The notes under the pieces were generated by a model. It worked only from the letters and a program-made list of their open reading frames with translations. It did not search any database and was not told the origin of the DNA. A stretch of 61,659 bases of DNA, filler included. It is 3 parts of 3 records of this genome, joined end to end, with 100 filler letters (N's around TTAATTAATTAA, not from the genome) between each part and the next. Parts side by side here need not be neighbours in the genome. Positions count along the whole stretch, not along the records: positions 18,602 to 48,904 come from SRR31156797_2560; positions 49,005 to 61,659 come from SRR31156797_2592; 1 more part is not named here. One strand, given 5' to 3'. Made by a program: the position numbers and the translations under genes. Below, in pieces: positions 47,757 to 57,036 of this stretch (position 1 is the first letter of the stretch; every line of letters starts with the position of its first letter).

Positions 47757-48569
47757 TTACTGCATGGGGACGAAGCCGACTTCGGCGATGATCTTCTGAC
47801 CGGCAGGAGACATGACGAAGTCGATGAAGTTTTTGGTCTCACCAGTGGGCTGGCCGCCGGTGTAGAGGTTCAGGCCACGGGACAGCGGGTATTCGCCGGA
47901 CTTGCCGGTTTCAACGGAAGCGACAACGCCGTTAACCGTGATGGCCTTGACCTTGGGGTTCAGGAAACCGAGACCGACGTAGCCAATGCCTTTTTTGTTG
48001 CCGGAGATCTTGGCGGCCATGGCTGCGTTGGAAGGCATACGGGAAACGAGATCAAATTCGTCTTCCTTTTTCATGACTTTCTTGTGCCATACTTCATACG
48101 TACCGGAGTTGGTCTCGCGGGAGAATAGAGCGATCATGCCCTTGGTGCCACCAACGTCTTTCCAGTTGCGGATCTTGTCCTGATAGATATCCTTGAGCTG
48201 AGCAGTGGTCAGTGCGGAAACTGGGTTGGAAGGGTGAACGATGGGAACCAGGCAATCCAGAGCGATCACGAACTGGACAGGGGTGATGCCGTTGGCCTTG
48301 CATTTTTCAGCTTCGGCGGACTTCATGTCGCGGGACATCATGCCGATGTCGGCAGTCTTGTTGATGATAGCCTTGGCTCCATCGCCGGAACCGGTAGCGG
48401 AAATGGAGAAATTCACACCGGGGTGTTTGATCTGGTAGGCAGCAACCAGTTTTTTCATGGCCGGGTCAACGGTTGTGGAACCTTTGACGCGGATTTCAGC
48501 GGCGTTAGCCAGAGCGGATACACTCAAAATTGCCAGTGCAACAAATGCAATCAGAAGTTTTTTCATCAT
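47757..48569 (-). CDS. pstS: Phosphate-binding protein PstS
   Basis: Signal peptide; KGSTTV, GSGDG, SRETNSGTYE and YPLSRGL motifs. Confidence 0.93.
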   Translation of the reverse strand: MMKKLLIAFVALAILSVSALANAAEIRVKGSTTVDPAMKKLVAAYQIKHPGVNFSISATGSGDGAKAIINKTADIGMMSRDMKSAEAEKCKANGITPVQFVIALDCLVPIVHPSNPVSALTTAQLKDIYQDKIRNWKDVGGTKGMIALFSRETNSGTYEVWHKKVMKKEDEFDLVSRMPSNAAMAAKISGNKKGIGYVGLGFLNPKVKAITVNGVVASVETGKSGEYPLSRGLNLYTGGQPTGETKNFIDFVMSPAGQKIIAEVGFVPMQ

Positions 48570-48641
48570 TTTTCCTTCCTTGAAATTATGTAAAAAAAGT
48601 ACAGTCCTCGATGACGTGTTGCGTATTGATAGACTCACCAT

Positions 48642-48681
48642 GTTACGGTTTCGTGACGGAGAATCGAAAGCTGAGTGACAG
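48642..48681 (-). promoter_or_regulatory. Pho box array (PhoB-type direct repeats)
   Basis: Minus strand CTGTCAC-N4-CTTTCGA-N4-CCGTCAC-N4-CCGTAAC at 11-bp period, 10 nt upstream of TATCAAT. Confidence 0.8.
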
Positions 48682-48845
48682 TTCTGGGTGCGGTTTGGCA
48701 GATGCGCCACTCTACCAAACCTTATGCGGCTGAAGAGAACCGTTGTTGGAGCGCGGTGCTCTCCCCCAAGGCATTTTAAGTCTATTGCTTCGTTGGTCTC
48801 AGGAAGAAAGAGAATTCAGATGTGTTGTTTATTTAAAACGTATGA

Positions 48846-48904
48846 ATTTCGCCGAAGGCGACACGAAAAGTTTGGGAAAAGGAGAGGATGGGGGTCTGGG
48901 GGAA
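48846..48904. repeat. Probable REP-like extragenic element (truncated by contig end)
   Basis: TCGCC-gaa-GGCGA hairpin, then AAAAGTTTGGGA and a G-rich arm running into the break. Confidence 0.4.
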
Positions 48905-49004
48905 NNNNNNNNNNNNNNNNNNNNNNNNNNNNNNNNNNNNNNNNNNNNTTAATTAATTAANNNNNNNNNNNNNNNNNNNNNNNNNNNNNNNNNNNNNNNN
49001 NNNN
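48905..49004. other. Artificial contig linker
   Basis: 44 N + TTAATTAATTAA + 44 N; sharp composition change after it. Confidence 0.98.
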
Positions 49005-49034
49005 GTTGCTCTAATCCAACTGAGCTACTAGACC
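49005..49034 (-). tRNA. tRNA 5' fragment (likely tRNA-Arg; anticodon not visible)
   Basis: Minus strand GGTCTAGTAGCTCAGTTGGATTAGAGCAAC = acceptor 5' strand plus D-arm. Confidence 0.75.
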
Positions 49035-49053
49035 ATTCCCTTAAAAGGCGATG

Positions 49054-49086
49054 CAAATATAGGGATTTATTACTTTCCGAAACAAA
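49054..49086 (-). promoter_or_regulatory. Bacteroidota housekeeping promoter for the tRNA
   Basis: TTTG-N21-TATATTTG (-33/-7 consensus TTTG/TAnnTTTG). Confidence 0.7.
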
Positions 49087-49135
49087 TATTTTTGTGTTTT
49101 TTTTCAGTAAAATTAGCACTTACATCAGTAAGAGT

Positions 49136-50923
49136 TTAGGATTCAGAGCGTATCCAATTCACCAAACCTTTACTTTTTATAATTTGTCTTAGTTTATCGG
49201 GCAAAACTGGTATCTCAAATTGCTTTTCATCTACCATTAGAGTGCCAGAATTGAAGTCAATTTCTATTTTATCTCCTTGTTGATAAGCTTCCACTATCTC
49301 TCGATTTACGATCAACAACAAGCCCTGATTTACAGCAGAACGATAAAAAATTCTATTTACCGATTTTACTATTACTGCTTGCACCCCGGCATGAGCCAAA
49401 CCAACTGCCGGATGTTCCCGAGAACTGCCACAACCAAAATTCTCACCTGCTACTATAATATCTCTTTCACACAATTTATCTGCAAAATTATCATCAAAAC
49501 CTTTAAACAAATGTGGACGAATGCCTTCAGCATCCGAGCTCAACACCTCATAAGTTAAGTTTCCTGCAAACATTTGGTCCGTGTTCAGGTGATTAATATC
49601 AGAATAGTCCCAAACACCAGCAGTTTTTCTATTTTCATCCCGCGCAATTAAATTTACATGAGTATGTAATTTTCGATACGGATAAGAGCCTCGCTGCTGC
49701 TTCTTATCTCTAGGATCAGTAATTGTACCATTTAATGCAGAATGAGCTACTGTTGCGGGTGACGCCAGGTAAATCATAACATTCTTGTTACCCATTCGAC
49801 CTAAAAAATTCCGATTGGCAGTGGAAATAACTGTCGTTCCATCTGCAGGAATTCCCTGACCCGTTCCCAAACATGGTCCACAGGATGTTCCGAGCAGAAT
49901 GGCTCCCGATTTCAACAAACTGGAAATAATCCCTTCATCAATCGCTTCCAAATAGATTTCTTTTGAAGCTGGTGCAATCATCAATTGGAATCCATCTGAA
50001 ACTTTCTTTCCTTTTAAAATATCAGCTGCAATTCGTAAATCTTCCAAGCGTCCATTGGTACATGTTCCAATCAAAGCTTGTTGCACTTGAATTTCGCTTA
50101 CATCACTCACTGCCTTTACATTATCGACATGATGTGGTGCAGCAACCAATGGCAATAAATCATCCAAATTAATTAAATATTCCTTGAAATATTCAGCTCC
50201 TGGATCAGCCCAAACACCTTTGATTTTTTCCCCGTAGTAATTTTCCAAAATCTCATCGGGAGGAAAAACAGCATTCTTAGCTCCCATTTCCGAAGCCAAA
50301 TTCGCAAGAGTCATTCGTTCTGCAACCGACAAATGCTTCACTGCTGAACCATGATATTCAATCGACATATAATTGGCTCCCGCAGAACCAATCATTCCAA
50401 TAATCCATAAGGAAAGATCTTTGGCATAAACTCCTTCAGGAAACTTTCCATTTAAGGTAATTTTAATGGATTCCGGTACACGAAACCAGGTCTCTCCCCT
50501 TTTCCATAATCCTGCCGCCTCAGTTCTATCAATTCCCACCGCCATTGCATTAAACGCTCCAGCCGTACAAGTATGGCTATCGCTACCAACTATCAACATG
50601 CCTGGCTTAGCATGATAAGACATTATTTGGTGACAAATACCTGAGCCTGAATCGTAAAATTTTTTCACATTCTGTTCCTTCACCAGTTCACGTACAGCCT
50701 GATAATCTGTAGCAAGTTTAGCATTTGTGGGTGGTGCGTTATGATCTAATACAACTAGCAACTGATTGGGATTACACACCTTTTCACCTCCCATTTTTTC
50801 AAATGTTTTGCGAATGCTAGCTGTATTGTCATGAGTTAAAACAATATCGGGCTTTTTAAACACAATACTTCCACATTTAGCCCAGAAAATTTTCTCAACA
50901 AAAGTTAGGTTTTGCATGAACAT
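49136..50923 (-). CDS. Fused large+small subunit aconitase-family hydratase (LeuC-LeuD/homoaconitase-like), copy 2
   Basis: LDH, GICHQ, GSDSHT, GTCTNGR, CGPC, NRNF.GR, and C-terminal swivel NFGCGSSREH. Confidence 0.9.
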   Translation of the reverse strand: MFMQNLTFVEKIFWAKCGSIVFKKPDIVLTHDNTASIRKTFEKMGGEKVCNPNQLLVVLDHNAPPTNAKLATDYQAVRELVKEQNVKKFYDSGSGICHQIMSYHAKPGMLIVGSDSHTCTAGAFNAMAVGIDRTEAAGLWKRGETWFRVPESIKITLNGKFPEGVYAKDLSLWIIGMIGSAGANYMSIEYHGSAVKHLSVAERMTLANLASEMGAKNAVFPPDEILENYYGEKIKGVWADPGAEYFKEYLINLDDLLPLVAAPHHVDNVKAVSDVSEIQVQQALIGTCTNGRLEDLRIAADILKGKKVSDGFQLMIAPASKEIYLEAIDEGIISSLLKSGAILLGTSCGPCLGTGQGIPADGTTVISTANRNFLGRMGNKNVMIYLASPATVAHSALNGTITDPRDKKQQRGSYPYRKLHTHVNLIARDENRKTAGVWDYSDINHLNTDQMFAGNLTYEVLSSDAEGIRPHLFKGFDDNFADKLCERDIIVAGENFGCGSSREHPAVGLAHAGVQAVIVKSVNRIFYRSAVNQGLLLIVNREIVEAYQQGDKIEIDFNSGTLMVDEKQFEIPVLPDKLRQIIKSKGLVNWIRSES

Positions 50924-50981
50924 CTACTTTTAAATCACATAGAAATTCTCAAAAAGATATAAGCTTTATTGCTATTCAATA

Positions 50982-52793
50982 TTAGAACAATCCACCATTC
51001 TGGTAGATCTCGAGTTGCACTTCGGAAAACTTATCGCCGAAAACACTTATTTTTTTACTTAGATTAATAATTTCTCCTGTTTCAAAATTTACATGAATTT
51101 GATCTCCATCAGATAAATTAAGTTTTGGAATATCAATACACGAAACAATTGGGAAAGCAGCATTAATGGCATTTCGCTCATAAATAGCACCATAAGACTC
51201 AGCAATGATAGCCTGTATTCCTAATGCCTTGAAACAATCCACAGCCTGTTGTCGCGAGCTACCACTTCCAAAATTTTTGTGAACCACAACAATATCTCCT
51301 GGCTTTGCTTTCCTTGCAAACTCTTCATATCCTTTAAGGTTATCAAAAGTATATTGTCCCATTGCAGTAGTATCAGTTATGGTAAGATAACGATTGTGGT
51401 AAATCATATCTGTATCAACATTGTCCATCGGAATGTACCAAACTCTCCCCTCAACTACTTTAGGTCTTTCCACCTTCTGAAAATCATTTTCCGATATATC
51501 CGTTAATACCTGTTTTCTTTCCACATAATTGTGCACAATTGGAGATTCTGGAATTTCATCGTGAGGAACAATACATCCTGCAATAGCCGAAGCTGCTACT
51601 GTAGCAGGAGATGCCAAATACACCTCTCCTTTTCCCTGTTTTCCAGGAAAATTTCTATTACCAGTACTTATGGTAACCTCTCCTTCACCATTTTGACCAA
51701 CCTGTCCAGCTGCACAACCAGCACAACCGGCATTGGATACCATGGCTCCAGCTTCTTTAAAAATATTAATCAGTCCTTCCTTTAAGCATTCATTCCAAAT
51801 TTCGTCGGTAGCAGGAACCAATTTAAAAACAACACCGGGAGCCACTTTTTTGCCTTTTAAAATTCTACCTGCAATGCGAAAATCTTCCATTCTACCATTC
51901 GTACAACTGCCTATTAAAGCTGAATCGATAGGAACACCTTTAGCTTTTATTACAGGAACTGTATTGTGTGGTTCACCAGGCAAGGCAATTCGTGGAACAA
52001 AATCATTCAAATTTAAATCGATTACCTTTTCATAAACTGCATCGGGATCGGCTTTTATTACCTCTAATTTTGCAGCTCGTCTAAATTGACTATACTCCAT
52101 TATGGCATCGTTAGGCGTAAATAAAATAATAATACAACCCATTTCTGTTGCCATCGAAGAGATGGTAATTCTTTCGTCCAAAGTTAAATTATCAACCTCT
52201 TCTCCATAAATTTCCAATGAATAGCCTAAAAGTGAATTTGCGCCAAATTCATTCAAAAGACCCAAGACAATATCCTTTGCAAATACTCCCTTGGCACGTT
52301 TCCCATTCAAGTTTAACTTAATTGACTTTGGCACTTTGAACCAAATTTTACCATTATGAATTGCTGCTGCAATATCTTTATCACCCATTCCCTGACCAAA
52401 AGCACCAACTGCCCCTAAAATATTAGCATGAGAATCGGTTGTAACAGCTGTAGATCCGGAATAAGCCAAACCTTGCTCGATTAATGTGTGGGTTCCAATC
52501 CCTGAATTTATATCGAACACCTTAAGATCATTATCGCGAGCAAACAATCTGCATATTTGTTGATTTATAGCATATTTTTGATCCGATCCGGTTGGATTGC
52601 AATCGAAAGTGAAAAAGGTTTTCTCAGGATCATCAATTTGAAGATTGTATTCATGAATATTTTTGACCACATTGGCACCCCCAAAATCTCGCGCTGCTCG
52701 AACATCAATTTCAATGTCTACAATTTCGCCAGGTTTTACCACATCCTCTTTGGAGTGATTTGCCAATATCTTTTCGATTAGTGTCATTCCCAT
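50982..52793 (-). CDS. Fused large+small subunit aconitase-family hydratase (LeuC-LeuD/homoaconitase-like), copy 1
   Basis: MGMTLIEKIL, TDSHA, GSCTNGR, CAGC, NRNFPGK, and swivel NVDTD...NFGSGSSRQQA. Confidence 0.9.
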   Translation of the reverse strand: MGMTLIEKILANHSKEDVVKPGEIVDIEIDVRAARDFGGANVVKNIHEYNLQIDDPEKTFFTFDCNPTGSDQKYAINQQICRLFARDNDLKVFDINSGIGTHTLIEQGLAYSGSTAVTTDSHANILGAVGAFGQGMGDKDIAAAIHNGKIWFKVPKSIKLNLNGKRAKGVFAKDIVLGLLNEFGANSLLGYSLEIYGEEVDNLTLDERITISSMATEMGCIIILFTPNDAIMEYSQFRRAAKLEVIKADPDAVYEKVIDLNLNDFVPRIALPGEPHNTVPVIKAKGVPIDSALIGSCTNGRMEDFRIAGRILKGKKVAPGVVFKLVPATDEIWNECLKEGLINIFKEAGAMVSNAGCAGCAAGQVGQNGEGEVTISTGNRNFPGKQGKGEVYLASPATVAASAIAGCIVPHDEIPESPIVHNYVERKQVLTDISENDFQKVERPKVVEGRVWYIPMDNVDTDMIYHNRYLTITDTTAMGQYTFDNLKGYEEFARKAKPGDIVVVHKNFGSGSSRQQAVDCFKALGIQAIIAESYGAIYERNAINAAFPIVSCIDIPKLNLSDGDQIHVNFETGEIINLSKKISVFGDKFSEVQLEIYQNGGLF

Positions 52794-53020
52794 GGTTCAA
52801 ATTATTTTTGAGTTAGAAGAATTCGGTCGCTTCTCTGCGATAAAATAGTAATACCACAATCAAAACTCTACACAAAATCAAGCCCTTATCTCTTAAATTT
52901 ACGGAAAAAATATTCCTCAGCATCAAAAACAGGTAGGAATATTCCCCATTTTTTAAAGCTTTTTATCAGAAATTTTTCGGTTTCATTAGAGAAGTTATCT
53001 TTGCAGTTCAATAGAAAAAA

Positions 53021-54193
53021 ATGAACAGAACTTACGCTGGAAATATCCCAAAACTTTATGCAATTAAAATTGCGAAATGGTTCATGCTAACCATGCCTAT
53101 AATTGTTCTGTTCTATCAAGAAAATGGGCTTAGCATGCAGGACGTTCTTACCCTAAAAGGGATTTACTCCGTAGCAGTAGTAATTCTAGAGATTCCTTCA
53201 GGATATCTTGCTGATGTTTGGGGAAGAAAAAAATCATTGATTTTAGGAGCCATATTGGGCTGTTTAGGCTTTATTATTTACGCGTTTAGTGATGGATTTA
53301 CCGGATTTCTTTTTGCAGAGTTAATACTTGGAATTGGGAGTAGTTTCATATCTGGATCCGACTCGGCAATGCTTTATGATAGCCTGTTAAAAATGAACAG
53401 GGAGAAAGAATATCTAAAACAAGAAAGCAGGGTAATGTCGGTTGGAAATTTTGCTGAAGCATTAGCTGGAATTGCAGGAGGAAGCTTGGCACTTATTAGC
53501 CTGAGAACTCCTTTCATTTTTCAGTCTTTCATCGCATTCATTGCAGTTCCTGCAGCTTTTCTACTGCTCGACCCCAACCAAAATATGCCAAAATCAAAGG
53601 CTGGTTTCAAACACATTTTATCCATTGTAAAATTCTCACTTTGGGATAGTGCCAAACTAAGGTGGAATATTGTTTTATCATCGGTTATTGGATGCGCTAC
53701 TTTAACCTTGGCCTGGTTCATTCAGCCTTACCTTAGAGATTTAGATATGGAGGTGAGTACCATTGGCATAATCTGGACAATGCTTAATTTAACTGTAGGT
53801 GCAGTGGCATTATTAGCTCATAGAGTTGAAGGCTATTTAGGTAAAATAGGAACCTCCATTTTTATTGTAGTCGGCATTTCAAGCAGTTTTATTCTGAGCG
53901 GATGGTTTCATTCTCTGATAGGTGTGGGAGTTCTCTTTTTCTTCTATTTTGTTAGAGGAATTGCAACCCCCGTTTTGAAAGATTATATCAATAGAATTAC
54001 TGAATCGGATATGAGAGCAACTGTACTTTCTGTTCGTAATTTTATAATCCGAATTTGCTTTGCTATTATCGGTCCATTTTTAGGTTGGTACACCGATCAT
54101 TTTAGGATTTCATCTGCTCTAATTCTTGCCGGTAGTATTTTCTTTGTTTTAGGCGGAATAAGTGTTTTATTTCTAAAAAAAGTAGAGTCTTAA
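53021..54193 (+). CDS. MFS transporter
   Basis: EIPSGYLADVWGRKKS motif A and about 12 TM; TATCTTTG -7 box at 52996-53003. Confidence 0.9.
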   Translation: MNRTYAGNIPKLYAIKIAKWFMLTMPIIVLFYQENGLSMQDVLTLKGIYSVAVVILEIPSGYLADVWGRKKSLILGAILGCLGFIIYAFSDGFTGFLFAELILGIGSSFISGSDSAMLYDSLLKMNREKEYLKQESRVMSVGNFAEALAGIAGGSLALISLRTPFIFQSFIAFIAVPAAFLLLDPNQNMPKSKAGFKHILSIVKFSLWDSAKLRWNIVLSSVIGCATLTLAWFIQPYLRDLDMEVSTIGIIWTMLNLTVGAVALLAHRVEGYLGKIGTSIFIVVGISSSFILSGWFHSLIGVGVLFFFYFVRGIATPVLKDYINRITESDMRATVLSVRNFIIRICFAIIGPFLGWYTDHFRISSALILAGSIFFVLGGISVLFLKKVES

Positions 54194-54203
54194 TCACCAA
54201 CTA

Positions 54204-54968
54204 TTAAATCACAATTTCCAATTTATCGTAAGCTAAAAATACATTCTCAGGCAATTCTGATTGAACTTCATCATGAAATCCCATTTGGTGACTGATATGA
54301 GTAAAATAGGCTTTTTCCGGATTTAATTCCTTTACCAATTCCAATGCTTCGGGTAAATTAAAATGAGAAATGTGTTTTTCTTTACGAAGTGCATTTACGA
54401 CTAATATCTTAGCCCCTTTCATTTTCTCTTTCTCTTCAGGTGTAATATAGTTTGCATCGGTAAGGTAAACCAAATCTCCAATTCGATAACCGTAAACAGG
54501 CAATCTTAAATGCATTGCTCTGATAGGTAGTATCTCTGTTCCATTAATATGAATTGGAGAGCCGTCAACATCTATCAAATTCATTTGTGGTATACCCGGA
54601 TATTTAAACTCGGCAAAAACATATGAAAACTCTTTCATTAAAGATTCCTGCACTCGTTTTTCAGCATAAATGTTAACTGCTTCTTTATTTACCCAGTTAA
54701 AAGCCCGAATATCATCCAATCCTGCAGTATGGTCTTTGTGTTCATGAGTAAATAGGATTGCCGATATGTTCTCAACTCCTGCTCTCAGCATTTGATAGCG
54801 AAAATCAGGACCACTATCAATTACCAAATTTTGTCCATCAACATGAATTAATACAGATGAACGCAGTCGTTTATCTTTTGAGTTTTCGGATAAACATACC
54901 GGGCATTTACAAGCAATAATAGGAACACCTTGAGAAGTTCCCGTTCCAAGAAAAGTTAGTTTCACCAT
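54204..54968 (-). CDS. MBL-fold metallo-hydrolase (PhnP-like)
   Basis: LGTGTSQGVP and THEHKDH motifs. Confidence 0.9.
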   Translation of the reverse strand: MVKLTFLGTGTSQGVPIIACKCPVCLSENSKDKRLRSSVLIHVDGQNLVIDSGPDFRYQMLRAGVENISAILFTHEHKDHTAGLDDIRAFNWVNKEAVNIYAEKRVQESLMKEFSYVFAEFKYPGIPQMNLIDVDGSPIHINGTEILPIRAMHLRLPVYGYRIGDLVYLTDANYITPEEKEKMKGAKILVVNALRKEKHISHFNLPEALELVKELNPEKAYFTHISHQMGFHDEVQSELPENVFLAYDKLEIVI

Positions 54969-54992
54969 AGAAATTCTATTTCATCTGGCTGA

Positions 54993-55925
54993 TTAATATT
55001 CCTTTTTTGAATCTTTAAATTCTTTTCGGATAGATAAGAAAAGCAAATACGCGAGAACCACAACCGCCAATACCGCTGAAGGAATTGCAGCTTCTTCTCC
55101 AAACAATGTAAGTGCAGTTACTACTGCAAATCCTGAACTTTTTATAGTTACCAAAAGGTTCTGTGTTATTGCGACCGGTGCTTTCACTCCTATCTTTCTA
55201 CATAACTGTTCAAATATCAATCCTAATCCAAAAGTCCCTAGAATCAAAACCAGGGAAACCAGCAAGAGTACTTCAAAATTAGAAAAAAATACTTGCCTAT
55301 TTAAACCTACAGCCGTAAAAATTATCAAGGCAAAACCCCAATCTACAATTCTACCTCTTACCTTTTCAACTGTTGGCTTTATCGGCTTCCACAAAAGTAA
55401 TCTGGAAATTAATAGGGGAACTAAAACCAATTGCACCATTGCTATAAAAAGTTGCATAGGATCAATGCCTCCATCGATATTCGAAAACAAACCAACAATT
55501 AAGGGAGCAAAAAATATGGATGAAAGAAATGCGCCCAAGGTACCTACAATGGCATATTTTAAATCTCCTTCCAGTATGTGAGAAAAAGGAATTACTGCTA
55601 CACCTGGCGGAGTTGATGCGATAACTACAAAACCAAGAAACAATTCCGGTGTTGGCATCAACCAATAGGATAAGCCAATAATTACCGCTCCAAAAACCAC
55701 GTAATTCAAAAGTGAACCAATAATCATTGGTTTTATCATCTCTTTTAAAGGAAACATTGCCTTGGTTGAAATACCAGTTGTTGAAAAGGTCATTACCACA
55801 GCTAACACATAAAAAGTATAAGCCTTAAAAAGTGAGGCATGCTGACCAATTAGTAAGCCAAGAATCACTGCAAGTACAAGAATAAAGTTTCGATTTAGAA
55901 TGATTTTAACTGCTAATTGTTTCAT
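54993..55925 (-). CDS. Bile acid:sodium symporter (BASS) family transporter
   Basis: Multi-TM with GFVVIASTPPG motif. Confidence 0.75.
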   Translation of the reverse strand: MKQLAVKIILNRNFILVLAVILGLLIGQHASLFKAYTFYVLAVVMTFSTTGISTKAMFPLKEMIKPMIIGSLLNYVVFGAVIIGLSYWLMPTPELFLGFVVIASTPPGVAVIPFSHILEGDLKYAIVGTLGAFLSSIFFAPLIVGLFSNIDGGIDPMQLFIAMVQLVLVPLLISRLLLWKPIKPTVEKVRGRIVDWGFALIIFTAVGLNRQVFFSNFEVLLLVSLVLILGTFGLGLIFEQLCRKIGVKAPVAITQNLLVTIKSSGFAVVTALTLFGEEAAIPSAVLAVVVLAYLLFLSIRKEFKDSKKEY

Positions 55926-56108
55926 TTTGTAATATAATTCGGTGGATTACATGCAAAGATGAAACATTTTTATAGTTATTCAAAATTATTCAGAATCATT
56001 ACAAATAAAAATCAACAGCTATTACTATCCATTTAAGAAATTCTAGTCGGAGAACAAAAAGAACATGCAATCAACTTATTTTGTACATTTGCCGAAAATT
56101 AAAGCACA

Positions 56109-56816
56109 ATGAAAGGCAAACTATATCTTATCCCAACAACTTTAGGTGATACATCAATTAATCAGGTAATCCCGCAAGATATTCAAGAATTAATTCCAAC
56201 GATAAAACATTTTATTGTTGAAAATATACGAACTGCACGCAGATATCTTAAAAAGGTAAACTCGGAGATTGTTATTGATGATCTAAACTTTTACGAGTTA
56301 AATAAGCACAGTTCGCCAAATGCTATATCAGGATACCTTAATGCTATTAAAGATTTTGATATTGGAATTATTTCTGAAGCTGGTTGTCCTGGAGTTGCTG
56401 ATCCTGGAGCTGATGTGGTAAAATTGGCTCACGAAAAAAATATAGAGGTAGTTCCTTTGGTTGGTCCTTCATCCATTCTAATGTCATTAATGGCTTCTGG
56501 ATTTAACGGTCAGAATTTTGCCTTTAATGGTTACTTGCCAATAAAATCGGACGAAAGAGCAAAAAAAATAAGACAGTTAGATACAAGATCCTTAAGCGAA
56601 AATCAAACTCAAATCTTTATCGAAGCTCCTTACCGAAACAATAAATTAGTTGAAGATTTAATTGCGAATTGTAGCAGCGGAACCAAACTTTGCATTGCGG
56701 TAGACATTACTATGGAAAGTGAGTTTATAAAAACCTTGCCAATAAAAGCATGGAAAAACAAAGATATTGATCTGCACAAGAAACCTGCAATCTTCCTACT
56801 TCACAGAGAAAAATAA
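56109..56816 (+). CDS. SAM-dependent methyltransferase, RsmI/tetrapyrrole-methylase family
   Basis: GKLYLIP, ISEAGCPGVADPG and VPLVGPSS motifs; TACATTTG -7 box at 56084-56091. Confidence 0.88.
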   Translation: MKGKLYLIPTTLGDTSINQVIPQDIQELIPTIKHFIVENIRTARRYLKKVNSEIVIDDLNFYELNKHSSPNAISGYLNAIKDFDIGIISEAGCPGVADPGADVVKLAHEKNIEVVPLVGPSSILMSLMASGFNGQNFAFNGYLPIKSDERAKKIRQLDTRSLSENQTQIFIEAPYRNNKLVEDLIANCSSGTKLCIAVDITMESEFIKTLPIKAWKNKDIDLHKKPAIFLLHREK

Positions 56817-56829
56817 TACTTTCATATAC

Positions 56830-56860
56830 AAAAGCAGCGCAGACTGAGAATCTGCGCTGC
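56830..56860 (-). terminator. Intrinsic terminator
   Basis: GCAGCGCAGA-N7-TCTGCGCTGC followed by TTTT on the minus strand. Confidence 0.7.
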
Positions 56861-57036
56861 GGGTATCATAGTTAAAAATTTAGGTATAATTCTGACCGCC
56901 TAAAATCAGAACTATCTCTTGACTCAGTCTTCTTTTATCTACCCCTTAACTTTCATATTCGACAAGACTTTCATCGGATAGAAAAGAGCAAATATCATAC
57001 CAAGAGGTCCGAATTACACTCTAAATTAAATTTCTT

